From contig JBEKFP010000002.1 in the NCBI GenBank assembly GCA_050013255.1, forward strand, positions 192,001 to 256,000: a stretch of 64,000 nucleotides of DNA, read 5' to 3'. The translations under genes were made by a program, and so were the position numbers. Below the pieces are notes generated by a model that was not told the origin of the DNA, did not search any database, and was given only the letters and a program-made list of their open reading frames with translations. This DNA comes from Candidatus Bathyarchaeia archaeon. Its GTDB lineage: Archaea > Thermoproteota > Bathyarchaeia > 40CM-2-53-6. Positions 1 through 8,693 of this stretch are shown piece by piece; the first letter of the stretch is position 1, and each line of letters starts with the position of its first letter.

Positions 1-215
1 AATCCGCGCTGAGGGTACATATGCCTATCAGCTCAGATACCCCAGGTATTATGCACAAGAATGACGGATACCTTTTGACTGCTTGCATCAGCATATCCAC
101 CTCCCAAGAAAAAACACGAACGGTTGACGGTTTGGCGATTCGCGGTTTTGCTGTTAGGTGGTTAGTTTAGTAGTGGTTTGGTGGTTAGTGGTCCGCGCAT
201 ACACACGCCTGACAC

Positions 216-1061
216 CTAGGTGACGTCTCCCCTCGCTTGACTCTCATCCTGCAGTTTGGCAAGAATCGTTGCAGCGAGATCAAGTGCAACCCTAGCATCT
301 CGTGAGGAGACGTCACCTGAACCGTGTGCGACCATGTTTCTGATTCGCCAGACAAAAGCTAGCGAATCCGCTGTCATGGGGTCTATAATTGTCTTTGACT
401 CTAGAAAGCGGTCTAGGTCAAGCACACTGACCCTTTGTTGTGAGTACCCATGCCTCATGGCTAAATCACGCAGGGTTTGTTCCAAATCAATCATCACTCG
501 CAGGAAAGCCATTTTGGGGTCATCGAGCGACAGAGCCGATTCAACTATGGAATCTACCTTGGCTCGGTTCGCAGGTATTTCCTTAATTTCCTTGGAGAGT
601 TTGCCTATGTTTATTCTTGATTTCTGGACAATCACAACTGTAAAGAGAAAGCCAATGAGACCCATGACCCAAGAAAACACTGTCTGAATATCCAGACTTG
701 GAAAATTCGGGATTTTGAATTTCAGAATTTGAGTACCCCAGGCGAAGCCTAACAGGAGAAGACACAAGAACAATCCCGCAGAAACCCACCCCATCATATA
801 GAGAAACTGTGCAGCTTTGAAAATTCCTCGACTATGTCGTAAAGAAGCAACGCATGTTACAAAAGCTGCTCCGACGAATAATATTACGATTGACAGCAAT
901 CCCAACGAAAGTGTTCGCAATACATCTGAGACTCCTGCAACAGTTGCAGATAGTCCTATTGCTGCTGCGACGAAACCTATGAGCGTCGCGACTGGTGTTA
1001 AAATGTCACGTGGATGTATCCAGGGGTCTGAATCTGATCCAATGTCTTCTTCGTTACTCAA
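216..1061 (-). CDS. Membrane protein (about 4 TM) with C-terminal HEPN/DUF4145-like domain
   Basis: Hydrophobic N-terminal helices; C-terminal helical domain with intact RxxxxH-type motif (WRIRNMVAHG). Confidence 0.65.
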   Translation of the reverse strand: MSNEEDIGSDSDPWIHPRDILTPVATLIGFVAAAIGLSATVAGVSDVLRTLSLGLLSIVILFVGAAFVTCVASLRHSRGIFKAAQFLYMMGWVSAGLFLCLLLLGFAWGTQILKFKIPNFPSLDIQTVFSWVMGLIGFLFTVVIVQKSRINIGKLSKEIKEIPANRAKVDSIVESALSLDDPKMAFLRVMIDLEQTLRDLAMRHGYSQQRVSVLDLDRFLESKTIIDPMTADSLAFVWRIRNMVAHGSGDVSSRDARVALDLAATILAKLQDESQARGDVT

Positions 1062-1342
1062 TTCACTCCCCCAAAACCCCTCTCTACTGGACGTCGATTT
1101 CGAAGTCGCAGCAGAAGCTGCAATCCGGAAATGAAGAGGCTTTCCCGCGTTGAAAGCGTTGAATGCGAGGGGGCCCTCCCGCTATCCTTTGCTATGCGCG
1201 GCGTCAATAGCCTAAACATCACAAATCGGCGATAGCCCAATCCTAAGCTTTGAAGCTTGAGCGCGTGTTGTATTTCGTGGACTGACCTGCCAACTCTATT
1301 AGCAAGTTCCTCAAGGTCCTTGTCAAGCACGCTTCGCTTCAT
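1058..1342 (-). CDS. Small hypothetical protein, possibly a truncated gene remnant
   Basis: 94-aa ORF overlapping both neighbours in the same orientation; function not recognised. Confidence 0.35.
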   Translation of the reverse strand: MKRSVLDKDLEELANRVGRSVHEIQHALKLQSLGLGYRRFVMFRLLTPRIAKDSGRAPSHSTLSTRESLFISGLQLLLRLRNRRPVERGFGGVN

Positions 1343-2621
1343 CTGAACTTGTCTCCATAAGACAGTACACCATTTCTAAGAGAAGCTGTCGTCCTATTGC
1401 GAACGTAGATAGCACTCGGGCTCTAGTATTGATATTCTTCCAATCTTCATCACTTGGGAAGTTGCCGTGCGATGCAATATTGGCAAAAGAAGTGAACGCT
1501 TCAAACCACGCGCGAAGTCGATTGTCGAGGACTTTTTCGTCACAAAGCTTCTTGGCTATATTGTTGATATTTGGTTTCTCAAGCCTTGTAAGGTCAATTG
1601 ACCGTGCTTTCGCTACAACTACCAGGGAATCCTGCACAACAGCACGCAGATCTCTAAGCGCTCCAGCGTAGTCTCTATTCCAAAAAGATTGTTCGGACTT
1701 ACCAAATGAGTCTGATACCTTCGGACCGAAAATTTCGCCAAGGGAGGTCAGCTCTAATCGGTGTAATGCTTCCAAGCCGAAATTATCATCATCTGTATTG
1801 AAGTTTCTAGCCTTTCGAAGCAAGAAACTCTCCAAGGCAGCGTATTCTACGTCATAAGTCTTGACAGTGGTCTTCTCGCCAAGATCGACAATCAATTGCT
1901 CGATGCGTCTATAGTGTTTGTAAGCTCCACCACTGTCTAACCCCGATGAATCGCAAAAGAATATCCATAATCCCTGGGACGCTATACTATCCGCAAGGAT
2001 TGCATAACTATATGATCTATCCCAGAAGTCATCGCTTACGTGTCTGAGCTTTAGAATCGTGACTGGCCCTGAATTTTGAAGACCTCTCATCAGTAATTTG
2101 AACTCGCTCATAGTGGGCCAAGGTTCGAGAGGCGCTCCCCAAACGCGGATGTAATCGTCTCCAAACAAATTCTCAAGGTTTATTGGCTTATGCCGCAGAT
2201 GGAATGTGTAAACAGCCCACGCCGCCCACCGCTCCAAGAATTTCGGGTGCCCACACATCGACGCGATATCTTGCTCAAAATGAAATGGTGGTGCATACTC
2301 TTCGTATGTGATTTCCAGATACGCATGAACCTCTGGATTGATCCTTGCTGCCGAGCCTTCATATTCTAAATCAACGTTGAAGATGAAGCTTGGCCCTGAA
2401 GGGGAGGTTCCAGAAGCTCTAAAGAAGAAGTCTGCTTGACCTTCATACTCTTTCTTAGCGAGTTCTAACGTTTCGGTGTCGATTCCTAGATCTAGAGCTA
2501 TCTGTCGCGCTGCAGGGTCGAACTGTGACTTTAGTCCTTCAACATTGAGACGGACCCTCATTCCAACGTCGCGAAGACTCGTAGTAAACACCTTGGCGAC
2601 ACGAGCATGAACAAGTTCCAC
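1323..2621 (-). CDS. Hypothetical protein with C-terminal HEPN-like (Abi_C/DUF4145-like) domain
   Basis: C-terminal DYAGALRDLRAVVQ...FANIASHG pattern typical of HEPN-fold domains; the Arg of the motif is degenerate. Confidence 0.55.
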   Translation of the reverse strand: MELVHARVAKVFTTSLRDVGMRVRLNVEGLKSQFDPAARQIALDLGIDTETLELAKKEYEGQADFFFRASGTSPSGPSFIFNVDLEYEGSAARINPEVHAYLEITYEEYAPPFHFEQDIASMCGHPKFLERWAAWAVYTFHLRHKPINLENLFGDDYIRVWGAPLEPWPTMSEFKLLMRGLQNSGPVTILKLRHVSDDFWDRSYSYAILADSIASQGLWIFFCDSSGLDSGGAYKHYRRIEQLIVDLGEKTTVKTYDVEYAALESFLLRKARNFNTDDDNFGLEALHRLELTSLGEIFGPKVSDSFGKSEQSFWNRDYAGALRDLRAVVQDSLVVVAKARSIDLTRLEKPNINNIAKKLCDEKVLDNRLRAWFEAFTSFANIASHGNFPSDEDWKNINTRARVLSTFAIGRQLLLEMVYCLMETSSDEAKRA

Positions 2622-2652
2622 AACTAGTATTTTACCCCAACTAGTATTTTAC
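2621..2652. repeat. 15-bp direct repeat CAACTAGTATTTTAC x2 (17-bp period) at the start of the HEPN-like cassette
   Basis: Exact copies at 2621-2635 and 2638-2652, each with an ACTAGT palindrome. Confidence 0.85.
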
Positions 2653-2795
2653 TTTCTTTGAGCTCTCGGAGTGGCTGGTTTTCGTCTGCGTGGTTTTATG
2701 GTTGCATTGGATGTGTGAATTTCTTGTGTGGTTTGAGTTTGAGGCCTGATGAGGATACTGTGTTGGATTCTATGTTGACGGTTGCTGGGAAGTTG

Positions 2796-3098
2796 CTACT
2801 CCTGGTTGAAGCGGCGCCCGGATGCAAGTGTGGTGGTAACTGCGGGTTTTGCTGTTTCAGGTTCGTTCCGTTCGTAGGCTCTCACCTTGGCCTCTAGGGC
2901 GAGCTTGGTGATCGTCCAATCTTCCACCTGCTCCTGCGTCGACTTCAACTGATCCTTAAAGCGAATCGCATCCTCAGCATTGCCCGGCAGCGATCGCCTC
3001 ATCCTCTTCCGCGCCAAATTTGCAAGTTCCGAGTTAGCGTTCCTGATCTTCAACTTCGCATCATCCAGGCGCCTCTGACATTCTTGTCTTACAGGCAT
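2796..3098 (-). CDS. Hypothetical coiled-coil protein
   Basis: 100-aa ATG-started ORF with charged heptad-like composition. Confidence 0.45.
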   Translation of the reverse strand: MPVRQECQRRLDDAKLKIRNANSELANLARKRMRRSLPGNAEDAIRFKDQLKSTQEQVEDWTITKLALEAKVRAYERNEPETAKPAVTTTLASGRRFNQE

Positions 3099-3263
3099 GG
3101 TTCACAAACAATGGTATGGGGATGTCACGCGTGACAGGAGGGCGATCACACGCAGGTGCATTCGAAGTGTTCCACGTTCAACTCGTTGCAGAGGTCAACG
3201 ACCATGTAGTTGGTCCCCGGCGACTAACTACATGGTCAGGAGGCATGACGGCCGGGAGGCCCT

Positions 3264-3310
3264 ACCCCCCCAGGGGGGGTGTCAGACATCCAAATATTAG
3301 GTGTCGGACA
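3264..3310. repeat. A-C7-A-G7-T palindrome plus two GGTGTC(A/G)GACA boxes
   Basis: Palindrome 3264-3280; boxes at 3278-3288 and 3300-3310, 22 bp apart. Confidence 0.7.
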
Positions 3311-3547
3311 GGCAGCTCCCTGGGCGTAACCCGCTCCCACCCCTGCTGTTTATGCTGCCACCACATTCACCGGTTGAAGTGGGACCGGTTCACCTTCCGC
3401 GTATCAATATCCAAACGACCAAGCCAAAACCCCACAGGATCCTCAGGAACCCGCCCCCCACACGCCGCACAAGACGCAACGAAGCAGGCTGGGACATGTT
3501 CGTTATCCCACGCGGGTAACCAAGTCCAAGTAATTAACAAGGACCGT

Positions 3548-3707
3548 TGGTAGCCCGGGGGAGATTCGAATTCGGGGTTGTGTCCACCTCTCCCGTCGGC
3601 AGGTCTCTCCTCTGGTGGAGGGATCCAGAGCCTTCTATTGGCTGATATCTGGCGCCAATGCTATGCATAGTCCCACGTGTGTGGATTGACCACTACACCA
3701 CCGGGCT
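3548..3707 (-). tRNA. tRNA-Gln(CUG) with four BHB introns at 21/22 (3667-3685), 29/30 (3633-3658), 37/38 (3605-3624), 53/54 (3571-3589); CCA encoded
   Basis: Removing the four segments gives the 76-nt cloverleaf AGCCCGG-TG-GTGT-AGTGGTCAA-GCAT-A-GCAGG-CT-CTG-GA-CCTGC-CGAC-GGGAG-TTCGAAT-CTCCC-CCGGGCT-A-CCA; all junctions fit BHB or relaxed BHB geometry. Confidence 0.92.
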
Positions 3708-3814
3708 ACCGGGTGCCACCCAGCTGAATTGGCTTATCTTAAGATTTCGTTGGATTAAGCAAAGCGTAGCATGTCCAAACTGCATTGAAGATAACTTAGA
3801 ATAGGTAGACCTGT

Positions 3815-4618
3815 TTGAATGAAGAGAGAGTAACCTTGAGCCGTAAGGGGTCCCCAATGTCCCTTCAGCTTGTAATGACCGCCATGAACGCGGCCGTTTA
3901 CGCTGGCATTGGAGCCCTATGGACCGCTTTCCCCCTGCTAATCTTCGGAGTGAGATTCTGGCCCCAAGTGTTCGTGCCCGCCACTTTCAGCGTGCTCTTT
4001 GGCCCTTGGGTAGGCGGGGTCGGCGCGGCAATCGGTATTTTCCTCGCAGACGTGATCTATGGTCATCACGACGCCCTCCTAAGTTTCCTAGTTGGGGTTC
4101 CATCAAATTTCATTGGATTTTTCGTCATCGGTTGGTTAACTCGGAGGAGTTATCGAGGAATAGCAAAACGCCTTCTCATCACCGCCAGTCTGGTCGTTCA
4201 ACCAGTCTATGCATTGGCGTTAGCTTATGGCCTATACGTGCTCCTTGGAGCCGCCAGTCTTGGCTCACCCAACTCTTACCTGGGATTAGCGGGATTATTC
4301 GTCGTATTTGTCTTACTTGCCTTATTCCTCCTTCGCAACAAGTGGGCTGATTTTGAAGTTGCAGCGTCGATCGGCCTTGCGATTGGGACTGGGATTATTG
4401 GAGTAGGAATTGTTGTGTACAGCGCGATTTTCGGTCTGCCTTTAGCCGTTGGGCTTGGCACGAAACCGCTGAGTAACATTTTCGTCTACGTCGTGGCGTC
4501 ATCAAATTATTTTTCGGAGATTCCTTTCATGGTCATACTTACTCCACCTGTTGTGGCGGCATGTCGGGCAGCCTTTCCGAGTTTGCGCGGCCTCGTTCCT
4601 AACCCGCCAAAGAAATAA
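3815..4618 (+). CDS. ECF transporter S component (QueT/PanT-like)
   Basis: Multi-TM protein with VLFGPWVGGVGAAIG S-component motif; adjacent to CoA genes; true start may be near 3836-3857. Confidence 0.7.
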   Translation: MNEERVTLSRKGSPMSLQLVMTAMNAAVYAGIGALWTAFPLLIFGVRFWPQVFVPATFSVLFGPWVGGVGAAIGIFLADVIYGHHDALLSFLVGVPSNFIGFFVIGWLTRRSYRGIAKRLLITASLVVQPVYALALAYGLYVLLGAASLGSPNSYLGLAGLFVVFVLLALFLLRNKWADFEVAASIGLAIGTGIIGVGIVVYSAIFGLPLAVGLGTKPLSNIFVYVVASSNYFSEIPFMVILTPPVVAACRAAFPSLRGLVPNPPKK

Positions 4619-4631
4619 CGGGCTCTAATCA

Positions 4632-5579
4632 TTGCCAGCCTCCGAAGCAACATGCCCGGCTGGCATTTCGAGTTTCTTCGAAGTATGTGAAACGGACCAC
4701 GCCGGAAACTCGATCATCGATCCCGCTCGAATCGGTGCCAGGGGCGGAGGCTTCGCAATCGCCAACGGAGTAACATCAAAGGTAACAACTAGAAAGGCAT
4801 CGAAGTCCCGGGTCAACATCCGTATCAATTCAAAACCTGCACCAGAGGCACAAACCACTCGATGGGCCATTAATAAAATCCTGAGAACAGGAGGAGCCGT
4901 CGTGGAGGTTCATGTGGATTTGAGGCTCAGAGTACCAATCGGAGCCGGTTTCGGAACTAGTGCCGCAGGCACTTTAGCAAGCTGCTTAGCCTTGGCGGAC
5001 GCGCTTAATTTTCCGATGACCCTGAACGATTTGGGGCGGATAACGCATATCGCTGAAGTTGTAAACAAGACGGGCCTGGGAACTGCGTCGGCGATGTTGA
5101 CCGGCGGTTTTGTTCTAGTTACAGAACCTGGGGCGCCCGGCATCGGTTCAGTGGATCGGTTGTTGTACCCTGAAGACCATGTGGTACTGTGTGCTTACCT
5201 AGGCCCTATCTCAACCCGCGATGTCCTCTCTCGGTCGGACTTGGCCAACAGGGTCAATCCTGCGGCGCGCAGAGCGATGGCCAGTATCCGCCAGAAACCG
5301 GAATTGCACACGTTTCTGAGCGAGGCACGGCAATTCGGTGAAACGGTCGGTTTCCAATCCCCCAATGTTGCACGTCTGATTGAAGCAACGGTCTCGGCAG
5401 GGGCTGTTGGCGCAGCACAGAATATGATCGGCGAAGCAGTCCACGGGGTGATTCATAGTGACAAAGCTAACCGGGCGCTCGTCAAACTTCGAAAAGAATT
5501 CCCCTCAGCTACGATATTTGTTAGCAATCTAGATACGAGGGGCGTTCGCCTGGTAGAGCGAGCCAATCCAAAGCACTAA
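4632..5579 (+). CDS. Pantoate kinase (GHMP family)
   Basis: PIGAGFGTSAAG GHMP motif, AHIAE-like THIAEV, AAQNMIGEAV; next to PPAT. Confidence 0.85.
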   Translation: MPASEATCPAGISSFFEVCETDHAGNSIIDPARIGARGGGFAIANGVTSKVTTRKASKSRVNIRINSKPAPEAQTTRWAINKILRTGGAVVEVHVDLRLRVPIGAGFGTSAAGTLASCLALADALNFPMTLNDLGRITHIAEVVNKTGLGTASAMLTGGFVLVTEPGAPGIGSVDRLLYPEDHVVLCAYLGPISTRDVLSRSDLANRVNPAARRAMASIRQKPELHTFLSEARQFGETVGFQSPNVARLIEATVSAGAVGAAQNMIGEAVHGVIHSDKANRALVKLRKEFPSATIFVSNLDTRGVRLVERANPKH

Positions 5580-5617
5580 ATGCGTTCTACCACCAGCACC
5601 GAGAGCGTTGCATTGCG

Positions 5618-6136
5618 ATGGTGCGGCAGGTAAGTCAAAAGCGTAAGCAAGTCGGATCAAAGCCGCAGGAGAGATACCGCGTCGTCGCTATGGGCGGTAC
5701 CTTTGATGTCCTGCACAGAGGTCACAGGAGGCTCCTAAAGCAAGCCTTCAGTATCGGGCGGAGGGTTATGATCGGAATCACTAGCGATGAGTTTGCGAGG
5801 ACACTGCATAAGCCTCACAGATTTGACGCCTACGCGAAAAGGAAGAGAGACGTTGAGCGTCTACTCTCGCGGTGGGGCGTGTTGTCAAGAGCGGAAATTG
5901 TTCCGTTAACCGATCGTTATGGGCCTACGGTTCGTGAATCAAAAATCCAAGCGCTTGTTGTGAGTCGACGTACGCTCCAAACAGCGTACGAGATAAATGC
6001 TCGAAGGAAAGCCCACGGCCTGAAACCACTAATCCTCGATCCGATCGATTTGATTATGGCGGAGGACAGGCGCCCGATATCATCGACGCGAATTCGTCGT
6101 GGGCGTATAGACCGCGAGGGCCGTCTGCTCCAATAA
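5618..6136 (+). CDS. coaD: Phosphopantetheine adenylyltransferase (archaeal type)
   Basis: GGTFDVLHRGH (HxGH), DRYGP and ISSTRIRRG motifs. Confidence 0.9.
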   Translation: MVRQVSQKRKQVGSKPQERYRVVAMGGTFDVLHRGHRRLLKQAFSIGRRVMIGITSDEFARTLHKPHRFDAYAKRKRDVERLLSRWGVLSRAEIVPLTDRYGPTVRESKIQALVVSRRTLQTAYEINARRKAHGLKPLILDPIDLIMAEDRRPISSTRIRRGRIDREGRLLQ

Positions 6137-6255
6137 GCCCCTCAAAGAGAATTCAAAATTCTTTGAACAAACGAGCTAGTTCAGAAAACTCACTGCCGCA
6201 GAAACCCTGCCTAGAACTTCACATAATACACGCTTTGGTGGGCAGAAAGTCCCTA

Positions 6256-6675
6256 CTACACATACGCCCATAGCTTGTACGCAGGTGACTGCTTGCAGAT
6301 CCGGGTGCAAGTGCAGACTGGTTTCGGGGCAAATTCGGCGGGGACCCACGTTTCTAACGAGAACAGGACTTCCTGCTGCCCGCACTTTAGGCAGAAAACG
6401 CCCTCCATGGTCCATGCGAAGTGGTCGCTCCCGCAGGTGCATATAGGTTCGGCGTACTCGAAGTCAGCGCTCGAAAGGCGACGGCTATGGGCAATCAGTT
6501 GGAGGTTCGAATATCGGCGTCTCTTCCATTCCAAGTAGCAAGATTTGTTTCCACAAAGCTTGCGAGGCCTTCCGAAGAGATACTGCATCTGCTGGCCACA
6601 GATGATGCAGCGGCTGGTTTGCTCCAAGAATCCTGACTCCGGTCTTATTCTCTCGTCAGTTTTTTCATCTGTCAC
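6256..6675 (-). CDS. Cys-rich zinc-finger protein
   Basis: CIIC...CGNKSC, CTCG...CLKC, CTCTRIC clusters. Confidence 0.5.
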   Translation of the reverse strand: MTDEKTDERIRPESGFLEQTSRCIICGQQMQYLFGRPRKLCGNKSCYLEWKRRRYSNLQLIAHSRRLSSADFEYAEPICTCGSDHFAWTMEGVFCLKCGQQEVLFSLETWVPAEFAPKPVCTCTRICKQSPAYKLWAYV

Positions 6676-6773
6676 TCTTGCTAAGCGACTTCTTCAAGCT
6701 TACTGCCGCCCAACGTAATATTCCTTGCCCGCTTTTCCTAGCAGCTAGCTCTCACCCCTAAATCCCTTAGAGG

Positions 6774-7010
6774 CTTTCAGTAGGCACACTGGGGACTGAA
6801 AGGTGCCCCTCCTGGGCACCGACGGCCAACCGGCCGTTTGGCTCTCCAAGCGGCTCTTCCAAGGCTCTTTCGCCATTCCTTCTCGGCGGACGCTTTTCAG
6901 CCGCCGCCCATCATTTCGTCTTCTTTTCCTAATTTCTCAAATTTCTCAAATTTCATGCCGTGCAAATTCAATTCCGTCCCAATTTCCAAAGGAATTTGAA
7001 CCCGAATTTA
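6774..7010. other. Structured non-coding region: four GC-rich hairpins, GGCTCT tandem repeats, phased AATT tracts
   Basis: Stems 6774-6802, 6802-6820, 6822-6837, 6884-6906; GGCTCT x3 at 6840-6870; AATT repeated through 6931-7009. Confidence 0.55.
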
Positions 7011-7504
7011 CGTCACCATAGATTTCTCGCAACTGAACCAAGTGATTTGGACATTCACCTCTATGTGGCAACTCTACATCCTTCGATTTATTGGAGAGTA
7101 ACCTGACGAAGAACACCTTCGATACTTCTTGGATGAATAATGTGAAGAGAATTCACGCGGCCCGAAATCAAAGAAGTCTGAGCGACCTCGCATTTTTCAC
7201 TGGGGCCAACGCATATGGCGCACCAAGATCTCTACGAAGTTTTTAGGCAGGAATTGTGGCAAAGGGAACTGGCAATCCCACATGAGTGTTGTAGCAAGAG
7301 CGCCTCTGTCCGGTGGTAATTACCGCGGTTATTGTACCCTTTTCTGAGTTTTCTTTTCCTGTTGAACCTCCCAGACTGTTTCGCGGTGCGATTTTCTTTC
7401 ATCAAGAAGAGCTGACGATTCGTACAGAACCTATACTGGTTGCTTATTTTCGGGCCACGTCTGCAACAGGTCATAATTTGCAATTATGCTAACTTCATTC
7501 CGAG

Positions 7505-7692
7505 ATGCGTTTGTATTGTGCCCATCCATTTGCTGCTGCCTTGAACCTCGATTCCTGCGGCTTCTGCTGGACTTGCTCAGAGCCTTGTGCGTTTTACAAA
7601 GTATTGGTAGATTTGAACACCAATTCGGATTGGGCTATCCTTTCGTTTTAGTCCTCGCATTACCCCTCCTCGATCACGGATTTCGTCGCTGA
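7505..7692 (-). pseudogene. C-terminal relic of a DDE (IS6-like) transposase/integrase
   Basis: Frameshifted translation DEIRDRGGVMRGLKRKDSPIRIGVQIYQYFV.../SPAEAAGIEVQGSSKWMGTIQ resembles the EIRDREKVMRGLK...H...TPAEAAGI...KW tail of archaeal DDE transposases. Confidence 0.7.
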
Positions 7693-8188
7693 TTGGCATG
7701 AGAAGGTTGGTTCTTTATTCGTCGGCATGTTCGACATGCTGGGTTTAGGTTTCTTGTTGTGTAAGTCACGCCACTGTATACCGTGTTGGTGGGGGCAACG
7801 GTCTCATACTTTTGTTCATCATCTACGCCGTTGTTTTCCCTCATCTCCTACCTTGGAGTGGTTTGCGAAAAGGCGTCTAGGGAAAACCAACAGGACGAAA
7901 ATCCGTTTCAATGAATCGTAGAGGCGAATTTTCTCCTAATTCTTATGCTATGTAGAATTCAGCTCTTGTCAAAGCTATTCCGTGCGCAACCTTGATTCTT
8001 TACCGCAGGGAGGTGCCAATTCTGAGAGGGTTCAGAGATTGGTTAGGGCGGCGAGAAATTCGCCTAACCCAATATGTATCAGAATTGAGCCGTTTGAGCG
8101 AATTCCATAGATCAATCATCCTGCTTCTGCCACGCTTTGTGTTCTGAACTGCTTTCTTCTCCGGGGGACGTGGGCACTTTGATTTCCC

Positions 8189-8647
8189 ATGGCCAATCGC
8201 CTAAAACAATTCGATGTTCTCGAGCGCCCGCGAATTGGAAGAATCGCTAGGGAGGATTACTATGCTGAACGGCAAAAGCGTTGGGTATGGATCTTCCCCA
8301 AGATCGATAAGCATTCTACGTTAAACCAAATTGTCGACCTCGACAGCTTCTGCACAATACTCTTCCCCCACAGCATCAAAAAGCAAGGCGTTGCAAAAGC
8401 GATAATTCAGATCCTAATTGAAGAGAAAAGGGCGATGTACCTGAGAGATCTGCACCATAAAGTATTGGAACGAATCAAGATCAGCGCTCAGACGCTTAGC
8501 GACACCTACAAGGCGATGCTCAGAAGCGGTCTCCTTGAGAAGAAATACCGGAATGAACCGACAAAACTCAGTGTGCAATTCGCAAATCGACTACGGGACC
8601 TTGCCTCATACTGGGACAATTACTTGGTCGCGAAACAAGCGAACTAG
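8189..8647 (+). CDS. Putative winged-helix DNA-binding protein
   Basis: ISAQTLSDTYKAMLRSGLLEK wHTH-like signature. Confidence 0.6.
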   Translation: MANRLKQFDVLERPRIGRIAREDYYAERQKRWVWIFPKIDKHSTLNQIVDLDSFCTILFPHSIKKQGVAKAIIQILIEEKRAMYLRDLHHKVLERIKISAQTLSDTYKAMLRSGLLEKKYRNEPTKLSVQFANRLRDLASYWDNYLVAKQAN

Positions 8648-8693
8648 GCCCTCCAGTTTTCTGGAGGGTCTCGTGATGCTCCAATTTTTTGGA

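Noticed and set aside
3097-3553. Three overlapping plus-strand ORFs next to tRNA-Gln
   Set aside because: Low-complexity, R/P-rich, mutually overlapping; no coding signal I can support
6700-6910. Structured region as RNase P or SRP RNA
   Set aside because: No GAGGAAAGUCC/P4 elements or SRP helix-8 motif found on either strand
6700-8190. Canonical Orc1/Cdc6 replication origin
   Set aside because: No ORB or mini-ORB consensus recognised and no orc1/cdc6 gene nearby
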